A DNA stretch of 7,889 nucleotides from Rotaria sordida. Its lineage: Eukaryota. The notes under the pieces were generated by a model. It was given only the letters and a program-made list of their open reading frames with translations, ran no database searches and was not told where the DNA came from. Position 1 is the first letter of the stretch. Every line of letters begins with the position of its first letter. This document shows positions 1-7,306 of the stretch, piece by piece. The DNA lies in NCBI GenBank assembly GCA_905250005.1, contig CAJNOH010000914.1, forward strand, positions 10,375 through 18,263. Direction: 5' to 3'. The position numbers and the translations under genes are program-made.

Positions 1-346
1 TTCTACGGATAAGGGTTTATTGTTCTACTCTTTCATGACAAGGGTTTGTTATTCTACGGATAAGGGTTTATTGTTCTACTCTTTTATGTAAAGGGTTTAT
101 CATTCTACGGCTAAGGGTTCATTGTTCTACCCTTTCACAAAAAGGGTTTGTTATTCTACGGCTAAGGGTTTATTGTTCTACCCTTTCATAAAAAGGGTTT
201 ATTATTCTACGGTCAAGGGTTTATAGTTCTACTCTTTTATGAAAAGGGTTTATCATCCTACGGCTAAGGGTTTATTGTTCTACCGTTTCATAAAAAGGGT
301 TTATCATTTTACGCATAAGAGTAGATTATTATACGTTTATGTAAAA
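1..346 (+). repeat. Tandem array, 51-nt period, about 6.8 units (ttctacggNtaagggtttattgttctacYctttcatNaaaagggtttattA)
   Basis: The ttctacgg-type box recurs at 1, 52, 103, 154, 205, 256 (tcctacgg) and 307 (ttttacgc), each exactly 51 nt apart. The last unit is degenerate. The array probably continues left of the window. Confidence 0.95.
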
Positions 347-416
347 GGGGTGTGTGGGTGTACAGGATGATCATCTTCTTTTATCACATCCATAGCGACA
401 ACCCACATTCACACCC
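347..416. repeat. GT-rich / CA-rich imperfect inverted pair at the border of the 51-nt array
   Basis: ggggtgtgtgggtgta at 347-362 and acccacattcacaccc at 401-416. GGGTGTG (348-354) is complementary to CACACCC (410-416). Confidence 0.55.
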
Positions 417-419
417 TTT

Positions 420-600
420 CTACTTATCCATCTGATTACCTAAATCAGTCTTTTTTTTAAATAAATGACACTTTCCTAAGTGAATTGCTATTTTTCCTTC
501 TTTAGAATAAAGATAGTCATTATTTACTGTCCCATTCGAAACCGTCACATTAAAGACAGCATTCATTCCCAATGGAGAAGATTCATCTTTGGCTGCTTGG
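420..600 (-). CDS. Candidate terminal exon of an unidentified protein (QAAKDESSPLGMNAVFNVTVSNGTVNNDYLYSKEGKIAIHLGKCHLFKKKTDLGNQMDK*)
   Basis: 59-codon open frame ending in TAG (422-420) with non-repetitive, balanced amino-acid composition. It is preceded on the minus strand by ATTTTTTATCTTAG (AG at 602-601), a good 3' splice-site match. The frame stays open upstream to 644. It has no ATG start, which would explain its absence from the ORF track. Confidence 0.45.
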
Positions 601-782
601 CTAAGATAAAAAATGAACGTTTCTAAATATTGGCATACAGAATATTATTTTCCTAGGATAGAAAAGACAGTAATAAAAAGTTAATGTTCCCATCCATTCT
701 GATATAGAAAGCTTTTTCTCTAATTTTACATTTGGAACAGCAATCCCATACTTTCAACTAAAATGATAGGAAATTTGTTTCT

Positions 783-3245
783 CTCATATTAGATTCAATA
801 AGGTAGTTTCTTTCATCTTAAGTTAAATTAATAGACATTTTTGTTTTCTAATATCAGATTCGATAAAATAATTGCTTATCTTCAGATGAATTGACAGAAC
901 TTCTTCTCTATTATTAGGTTCGATAAAGCAATAGTTTATCTTAAGTTAAATTGGTAGCGAAATCTATTTTCTTCTAGTGTTAGATTCAATAAGATAGTTC
1001 TTAATCTTAGTTGAATTGATAAAGAAATTTTTTTTCTAATACTAAATAGATTCAATAAAGTATTTCTTTTTTATCTTAGTTTGAAGTAATACAAATTTTT
1101 TTAAATATCAGGCACGATAAAATAATCGTTTATTTCAAGTTAAATTGACAGCAAAATCTTTTTTTTCTAATTTAAGATTGAATAAAATAGTGCTTTATCT
1201 TACATCGAATCTATAAAGACATTTTTTTCTAATACTAACTAGATTTGATAAGGTTGTTCTTTTTTTATCTTAAGTTACATTATTAGAAAATTTCTTTTCA
1301 AATATCAGGTTCGATAAAGTAAGCGTTTATCTTAAGTTAAGTTAGTAGCGAAATCTGTTTTTTTTTAATGTTAGATTCAATCAGATAGTTCTGTATCTTA
1401 GCGGAATTGATAAAGAAATCTTTTTTTCTAATATTAGCATCAATAAGGTAGTTTCTTTTATCTTAAGTTAAATTAATAGAAATTTTTGTTTTCTAATACC
1501 AGGTTCGATAAAATAATAGCTTATCTTGAGATAAATAGACAGAATTTTTTTCTATTATTATGTGCAATAAAGTAATATTTTATCTTGAGTTAAATTGGTA
1601 GCGAAATTTGTTTTTTTCTAAAATTAGATTCAATCAGATAGTTCTTATCTTAGTTGAATTGATAAAATTCTTTTCCTAATACTAAATAGATTTAATAAGA
1701 TAGTTTCTTGTATTCTGAGTTGAATGAAAAATGTTTTCTCAAATATCAGATTCGATAAAGCAATCGCTTATCTTAAGTTAAAGTGAAAGCGAAGTCTTTT
1801 TCTTTTCTAATATTCGATTCAATAAAGTAAGTCTTTTTCTTTTCTAATATTAGATTCAATAAGGTAATTCTTTTTCTCTTAAGTTGAATTAATGGAAATT
1901 TTTTTTCTAATATGAGATTCGATAAAATAATCCTTTATCTTAAGCTAAAATAATAGAATTTTGTTCTATTATTAGGTTCGATAAAACAATCACTTGTCTT
2001 AAGTTAAATTGATGGCGACATCTTTTCTTTTCTAATAGTAGATTCAATAATGTAGTTTCTTTTCTTTTCTGTTAAGTTAAATTAATGGAAAACTTTTTTC
2101 TACTGTCGGACTCGACAAAACAATCGTTTATCTCAAATTAAATTAATAGCGGAACTTTTTTTCCTAATATTAGTTTCAATAAGATAGTTCTTAATCTTAG
2201 TTGAATTGATAAAATTTTTTTTCTAATACTAAATAGATTCAATAACGTAGTTCTTTTTTATCTTAAGTTAAATTAATCGAAATTTTTCTCTGATATCAGG
2301 TTCGATAAGGTAATCGTTTATCTTAAATTAAGCTAATAGAAACGTTTTTTTAATATCAGGCTCGATAAAATAATCGTTTATCTTAAGTTAAATTGATAGC
2401 TGGCAATATTTTTTTTCTAATGTTAGATTCAATCAGATAGTTCTTTATCTTAGTTGAGTTGATAAATTTTTTTTCCTATTATTAGATTCAATAAAGTAGT
2501 GTCTTTTATCTTAAGTTAAATTAATAGAAATTTTTTTTTTAATATCAGGTTCGATAAAATAATCGTTTATCTAAGTTAAGTTGATAGCGAAATCTTTTCT
2601 AATAGTAGATGGAATAAGGCAGTTTGTTTTCTTTTAAGTTAAATTAATAGAAACTTTTTTAAATATCCGGCACGATAAAATAATCGTTTGCCTTAAGTTA
2701 AATTGATAGCAAAATCTTTTTTTCTAACCTAAGATTCAATCAGATAGTTCTTAATCTTACTTGAATTGATAAAGAAATTTTTTTCTAATACGAAATAGAT
2801 TTAATAGGATTGTTCTTTTTTATATTGATTTAAATTGTTAGAAAATTCCTTTTTCCAATATCAGGTTCGATAAGGTAAGCGTTTATCTTAAGTTAAACGG
2901 ATAGCAATTTATTTTCTAATATAAGATTCAATAAGGTAGTTTTTTATCTTGGTTAAATTGATAGAAGGTTTTTTTCTTATGTTAGCTCGGATAAGTTAGT
3001 TCTTGGTCATTAGAGAAATTAATAGAAAAAATTCTTTTCTTTGTTAACTTTAAATTCTTTATCTAAAATTAAGTTAAAAGAAAAGTTTTTTTTCTAAATG
3101 TTAGGTCCGATAAGATAGTTCTTTGTCTTAGGTTAAGTTAACCGAAAATTTGTTTCTAATATTAGATCCAATAAGGTAGTTTTTTTTATCTTAAGTGAAA
3201 TTAAGAGAAACGTTTTTCTAACATTAAGCTCGCTAAATTCTTTTT
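783..3245 (+). repeat. Large T-rich minisatellite, about 40 monomers of 59-68 nt (consensus near aKRttcRataaRgtagttYttttatcttaagttaaattRatagaaattttttttctaatatY)
   Basis: RttcRata-type boxes begin near 791, 856, 916, 982, 1048, 1110, 1175, 1241, 1307, 1373, 1436, 1501, 1560, 1626, 1688, 1748, 1815, 1852 (truncated monomer), 1915, 1974, 2040, 2108, 2172, 2235, 2298, 2359, 2425, 2484, 2547, 2607, 2668, 2732, 2797, 2863, 2924, 2984, 3103, 3164 and 3226. Each is followed by a TTATCTTAAGTTAAATT core. Confidence 0.93.
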
Positions 3246-3609
3246 CGTCAGGAAATTCGTCATAAAAGTAATTTTCATCGATAGAGATAGGATAGGAATA
3301 GCAGCCTTCTTTCGTTTATATACTCGAATAGAAAAATCGATTTTCGCACGCACATCAGTAACTAATATAAAGACATATTACTCAACCAACATTGACACAA
3401 ATCATCAGTTTCATAGCGATTACTTAAGTGTTCTATCGTCCTTTACATTGATTAGTTCTAATAATAATAATAGGTTTTTGTTTAGTTGAGGTATATTTAT
3501 TTATCTTTCATACACAGTATAAATAAGTTTGAACAATTTATTTATAAACATTTCCTTCAGTACTTCGATATGCAGAATTAGGGCTCATAAAATATGTTGG
3601 ACGTAAGTT

Positions 3610-4113
3610 TCGAAGATATTCAGGTGTCTAAGAAGGATTAAGGTGATATTCAGATACTAAAAAGGATTTAGAAAAGCATTTAGTTGATATTTACGTAGCA
3701 AGAAAGAGTTTAGAAAATAACTTGAGATATGTTCAGATAACCAGAAAAGAGTTAGGGAGAGACTTAGAAGATACTGAGATAGTTAGAGGAATTAAGAAAG
3801 GCTTTAGAAGATATTGAGATATCCAGAGACTGTTTAGGGGAGAGTTTAGGACATACTAAGATGCTCAAAAAGGAGTGAGGGAAGAGTTTAGGGGCTATTG
3901 AGATACTTGGAAAGGAGTTAGGAAATAGTTTAGGAGATTTTGAGATACTCGGAAAGAAGTTAGGGAAGGGTTTAAGAGATATTGAGATACTCAGAAAGGA
4001 GTTAGGGAAGGGTTTGGGAGATATTGAGATACTTAGAAAGGCTTTTGGAAAGGGTTTAGGACATCCTGAGATATTCAGTAAGGAGTTAGGAATGAATTTA
4101 GGAAACGCTTTGA
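3610..4113 (+). repeat. 42-nt minisatellite, about 12 units (gatattgagatactcagaaaggagttagggaagggtttagga)
   Basis: gatattgag-type boxes recur near 3770, 3810, 3852, 3895, 3936, 3978, 4020 and 4062. More degenerate copies lie upstream from about 3614. Confidence 0.9.
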
Positions 4114-4120
4114 TAACAAT

Positions 4121-4335
4121 TATAAGCATTGCCTAAACCATTTCTGAGTATCTGAAGATCTCTTAAACTCTTTCCTAAAATCTCCTGAACATCTCAGCGT
4201 CTCCTAAACCGTTTCTTAACTTCTTTTTTGAGTATCTTAATATCTCCTAAACCTTTCCTAACGTCTTTCTGGGTATCTACAAATATCCTAAACGGTTTTA
4301 CGAATCCTTTCTGGGTATAGCAATATCTCCCATAC
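4121..4335 (-). repeat. Inverted-orientation block of the same 42-nt minisatellite, about 5 units
   Basis: Reverse-complement motifs (gagtatcttaatatctcctaaacctttcctaac, gggtatctacaaatatcctaaac) with gagtat/gggtat boxes near 4146, 4230, 4272 and 4312, i.e. the rc of the left array unit. Confidence 0.85.
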
Positions 4336-4336
4336 C

Positions 4337-4368
4337 CTTTCCTAAACCCTCTTATGGGTTTAGGAAAG
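4337..4368. repeat. Perfect hairpin, 13-bp stem, 6-nt loop
   Basis: CTTTCCTAAACCC (4337-4349), loop TCTTAT, GGGTTTAGGAAAG (4356-4368). Confidence 0.95.
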
Positions 4369-4517
4369 TATTTATTATTTTCCTAAACCCTTTTAAAGGG
4401 TTTATCGAAGAGTTTATTGTTTTCCTAAACCCTTTCAAAGGGTTTATCAAAGGGTTTATTATCTTTCTAAACCCTTTAAAGGGTTTATCAAAGGGTTTAT
4501 TATTTTCCTAAACCCTT

Positions 4518-4721
4518 AAAAGGGTTGTTGAAAGTGTAACGTATAATAAACCCTTAAAGGGTTTATGAACTTTCTAAACCCTTTCCTAAACCCTTTGAAA
4601 GGGTATATGAAAGGGTTTATGAATTTCCTAAACCCTTTATTAAACCCTTAAAAAGGGTTTAGGAAAATTTTACATACGGTAAAAAGGGTTTATTATACGT
4701 TACACTTTCATCAACCCTTTT
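4518..4721. repeat. 38-nt near-perfect inverted repeat (arms 4518-4555 and 4684-4721) with 128-nt spacer
   Basis: Left arm aaaagggttgttgaaagtgtaacgtataataaaccctt. The rc of the right arm is aaaagggttgatgaaagtgtaacgtataataaaccctt, a single mismatch at 4528. Confidence 0.95.
4624..4666. repeat. Perfect hairpin, 15-bp stem, 13-nt loop, nested in the 38-nt inverted repeat
   Basis: TTTCCTAAACCCTTT (4624-4638) and AAAGGGTTTAGGAAA (4652-4666). Confidence 0.95.
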
Positions 4722-4755
4722 TGGGTTTATTATTCTACGAATTTTTTTTACAGTG

Positions 4756-4774
4756 CACACCCACACCCACACCC
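4756..4774 (-). repeat. CACACCCACACCCACACCC tract (rc of GGGTGT hexamer) bordering the palindromic array
   Basis: Direct reading: cacacccacacccacaccc. Confidence 0.9.
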
Positions 4775-5051
4775 GTTATGCCAAAACAAAAACACTTGAC
4801 TACATGCCGGTTCCATTGGGGCTTGTCTTTTAGTTGAAGGTCTATCTCTTGTTGAGTCATGATGGTGAAGGTTTCAGTCAAGAGAACGACAGACATTGCA
4901 CATCAGGAATCTGCATAAGATGGAATAATCCCATTCCATGGGACGATTTTTTTCGTTGCTTATCATTCCATGAGAAGCCCTACTATTCAAAGAGAAAGAC
5001 CATGATATGAATCAACCTTCAGCTTCGATTTCGTCTATTTTTCTTTCATAG

Positions 5052-5341
5052 GTAAATATTGATGACATAGAAGTATCATTTTCATTATATTTATTCCACT
5101 TTCTTTTGTGTTTTGATGATATTTTTCCCAGTTCTGTTCTGCGACGAACGCACGCTTGTCGCTTAAAAAAAGTGATGGAGAAAAATTGCAAGTAATATTC
5201 TTCGGGTGCCGATTAACTTGGTCTCAAACTGAGTGCTTATGGGAAAGGATCGATACCAAATTCATACTAAACAATTGCACAAAATTCAATGTAAGTTCGT
5301 ACATTGAAAGAATACCGGATTCGGTGGAAATTGTGTAAAGA
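5052..5341 (+). CDS. Candidate 3'-terminal coding region of an unidentified plus-strand gene, splice structure unresolved
   Basis: Acceptor-like ctatttttctttcatag ends at 5051 and atttttcccag ends at 5131. After the second, one frame stays open for about 69 codons to TAA at 5339 (FCSATNARLSLKKSDGEKLQVIFFGCRLTWSQTECLWERIDTKFILNNCTKFNVSSYIERIPDSVEIV*). A second frame is open from 5052 (VNIDDIEVSFSLYLFHFLLCFDDIFPSSVLRRTHACRLKKVMEKNCK*). It would be convergent with the minus-strand gene ending at 5449. Confidence 0.35.
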
Positions 5342-5448
5342 AAAAACATTGAAAGCTAGATAGAATCCTTTATTTAGTAAAAAAAACACATGATCTTAAT
5401 TATACAGCATTAATTCATATCGTTCGTTTTGTTATATCAACGTTATTG

Positions 5449-6456
5449 TCATACACTTGTCTCATATTTCACCTGTTTGAAGTCTTTTTTCTTATTATTG
5501 TTGACATTACTATCCGATGAGAAAGAGTCGTCATCTGTATCGGAAGAATCTTCATTGTCATTATCAAAGCTTATTTGACTACACATGTGCTGCAAGGAAT
5601 GTAACTCTTCTTCAATGAGAGATTCATTCTGCAATTTACGAGTAATTTCTTCTATCGTAGCTGGAGGTATTTTAACTTGCATAGCTGCCAAATATTGTTG
5701 CATATATCTATTAAGCTTTTCCAACAAATCTATTTCAACTCGTCGATTTTCTTCAAGAAGTTCATTGAGTCGTCTTTCGTATTTCTGTTTTTCTATATTC
5801 AATACATCTCGAGCTTCTTGTAATTCAATACCCTTCCGTCTTAATTGTTCTTTTAAACTATTCTTTTGCGATCTCAGTTCTGTTTCTCTCAATGTTTCCA
5901 ACAAAGTATTCTTTAACTGCTGATTGAGTGCATTTAATTGGTCTTGAAGTCTACTTTGTTCTTCGGCCAATCTTTTAAACTCTTTATCAGCCTCGTTAAA
6001 TTTCTGACGTGCAATTTGTTTATCACTTTTGACTTGACACCGTGGCAACGGAGATATGATGGTGAGTTTCTCTCTGATTTCTGTACGTGCATTATCAAAC
6101 GAGTCGGCTAACAATGAACTGATTGAAACAAGATCCAAAAATCGTTGCTTCATTGATGGACACTGAGAAAGTTGTAGGCTGTTATTCAGACGACGGTTCC
6201 ACTTTTCACTATGCTCTTTGAGTAAAGTTGAAACCTTTTTACACAGCTTATTTGTATCTTTACTCAATGATTGAAACACAGTAATGAATTCACGAGTACC
6301 TACGTATATATATATATATATATATATATCCTTTTCAGTATAATCAAGAAACAAAAAATAAATTTCAAATCTCTTACCATGAAGTTTGTGCCTATTGCCC
6401 AGCAAAAAGTCGAGTTTTGCAATGTTTGTAGAAATTTTTTCCAGTGCCATGGCCAT
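5449..6456 (-). CDS. Coiled-coil protein with possible BAR/F-BAR-like N-terminal helical region; probably two exons (6456-6378 and 6299-5449), 309 aa after splicing
   Basis: Long ORF ending in TGA (5451-5449) with an in-frame upstream stop. It has a heptad-like charged region (EADKEFKRLAEEQSRLQDQLNALNQQLKN...LEEEIT-type) and an acidic low-complexity tail (DNEDSSDTDDDSFSSDSNVNNNKKK). EFITVFQSLSKDTNKLCKKVSTLLKEHSEKW followed by a second helix resembles BAR-superfamily helices. That assignment is by eye only. Confidence 0.8.
   Translation of the reverse strand: MAMALEKISTNIAKLDFLLGNRHKLHGKRFEIYFLFLDYTEKDIYIYIYIYVGTREFITVFQSLSKDTNKLCKKVSTLLKEHSEKWNRRLNNSLQLSQCPSMKQRFLDLVSISSLLADSFDNARTEIREKLTIISPLPRCQVKSDKQIARQKFNEADKEFKRLAEEQSRLQDQLNALNQQLKNTLLETLRETELRSQKNSLKEQLRRKGIELQEARDVLNIEKQKYERRLNELLEENRRVEIDLLEKLNRYMQQYLAAMQVKIPPATIEEITRKLQNESLIEEELHSLQHMCSQISFDNDNEDSSDTDDDSFSSDSNVNNNKKKDFKQVKYETSV
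6300..6377 (-). other. Intron, 78 nt, phase 1, in-frame and stop-free
   Basis: Minus strand: CATG|GTAAGAGATTTG ... TATATACGTAG|GTACTCG. Strong donor GTAAGA and acceptor TAG. Removing it joins HKLHG to TREFITVFQ and eliminates the FEIYFLFLDYTEKDIYIYIYIY segment. Confidence 0.85.
6305..6329. repeat. (TA)12.5 microsatellite inside the intron
   Basis: Uninterrupted 25-nt TA tract read directly. Confidence 0.98.
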
Positions 6457-6845
6457 TATTTTAACAGACTATTATAAATAAAAGCGCACACTTGTATGGA
6501 TATGTGCCTCTTGCTGCGAGAAAGAAAAGTTTGTAACGCGAATGAAGCAGTATGAGACGGATCAACAAAATAATATGCAATTAATTTCTCTTAAAATCAA
6601 TATGAAATCGAGTATCTCATGAATCGCATTGATGTTAAAACAATGGGCTTTTTTTACTGGAAGAGAAACCATACAACGCTCATATGACTTGACTAAGGAT
6701 ATTCGTCGATCATTTTCTGTATAGATCAAATCATTCCCTGCTCCCTCTCTCCACTTCCCGTATTAGAAGCAGCCATCTTAGGGAACATCTCAAAATGTTT
6801 GCCGGTCGGCCAGCCGCTCTGCCGTGCGGCCGCTTGGGCGTGCGT

Positions 6846-6902
6846 GGGGGGGTGGGGGGGGGTGTGGGTGTGGGTGTGGGTGTGGGTGTGGGTGTGGGTG
6901 TA
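6846..6902 (+). repeat. G-run tract plus (GGTGTG)6 GGTGTA; strong G-quadruplex potential on the plus strand
   Basis: G7 T G7 at 6846-6860, continuing directly into six perfect GGTGTG units from 6861 and a variant GGTGTA. Confidence 0.95.
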
Positions 6903-7020
6903 TGGGTGGGCGTGGATGTGGATGTGGCGCGGGTGTGAGTGTATTAAAGGGTCACACAAATTCAGATCCACACACCGACACATCGATGCGCCTACATCCA
7001 CACCCAACCCATATCCGCAT
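6898..7020. repeat. Imperfect GT/CA-rich inverted repeat
   Basis: TATGGGTGGGCGTGGATGTGG (6901-6921) against rc of 6991-7013 TATGGGTTGGGTGTGGATGTAGG: one mismatch and two 1-nt bulges. GTGGATGTGGCGC (6918-6930) also pairs with GCGCCTACATCCAC. Confidence 0.75.
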
Positions 7021-7306
7021 ACACGCACATTCTTCTTTGAATCTCTTTTTGAATGCGGCACTTAAAGACCTGCTAATATCTAAATTGTAGATAAGAAATT
7101 TGATAAAAATATAATAACTAACGATACAGTGGGAGGGAAAATAAAAACTCTTCAAACTCATCTAGACAGAAACGAAGTAATCTCAGGTTCACAAAGAACT
7201 ATATGAAGAAATGTAAACTAGACACTTTGAATATTCTCTTCAATCAATGTTACAAAGATTTCTCTCAAAAGAATCAACGGTCGGGATTATATAGAAACAC
7301 ACTTAC

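Larger units (their letters stand above)
4375..4740. repeat. Palindrome-rich array with AAACCCTTT / AAAGGGTTT cores and about 42-nt spacing
   Basis: ctaaaccc boxes near 4383, 4425, 4467 and 4508 at 41-42 nt spacing, each paired with an adjacent aaagggttta. It continues as denser, irregular palindromes to 4740. Confidence 0.85.

Noticed and set aside
366-375. 10-bp palindrome GATGATCATC
   Set aside because: Short palindromes of this size are expected by chance in a window of this length.
783-3245. CRISPR array
   Set aside because: Monomers are contiguous, diverged and lack the conserved-repeat / unique-spacer alternation; there are no cas genes and the context is eukaryotic.
3764-4129. 121-aa minus-strand ORF with repeating SISISPKPFPNSFL peptide
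   Set aside because: It lies wholly on the 42-nt minisatellite. The period is a multiple of 3 (14 codons), so the open frame is automatic once one unit lacks stops. There is no independent gene signal.
4200-4700. CCTAAACCC strings as a telomere-type (CCCTAAA)n array
   Set aside because: Each occurrence spans barely more than one telomeric unit and is followed by CTTT, within a 42-nt unit. There is no perfect tandem run of the heptamer.
4834-5010. 58-codon open frame LKVYLLLSHDGEGFSQENDRHCTSGICIRWNNPIPWDDFFRCLSFHEKPYYSKRKTMI* and the competing MMVKVSVKRTTDIAHQESA* frame
   Set aside because: Possible exon after cttgtcttttag, but two frames compete, no matching donor was found and the length is compatible with chance. 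Not listed as a feature.
5585-5923. 112-aa plus-strand ORF
   Set aside because: Antisense shadow of the coiled-coil region of the minus-strand gene; Ser/Cys/Phe-rich composition typical of reverse-complement frames.
6271-6477. 68-aa plus-strand ORF containing YIYIYIYIYIY
   Set aside because: Antisense to the first exon and the TA-rich intron; explained by the microsatellite.
6726-7161. ORFs with HTHTHT, VWVWVW and GCGCGC runs (6726-7061, 6799-7065, 6824-7090) and the 69-aa ORF 6952-7161
   Set aside because: The first three are overlapping frames of the same GGTGTG hexamer tract and its CA-rich partner. The 69-aa ORF has only a weak acceptor-like context and unremarkable composition.
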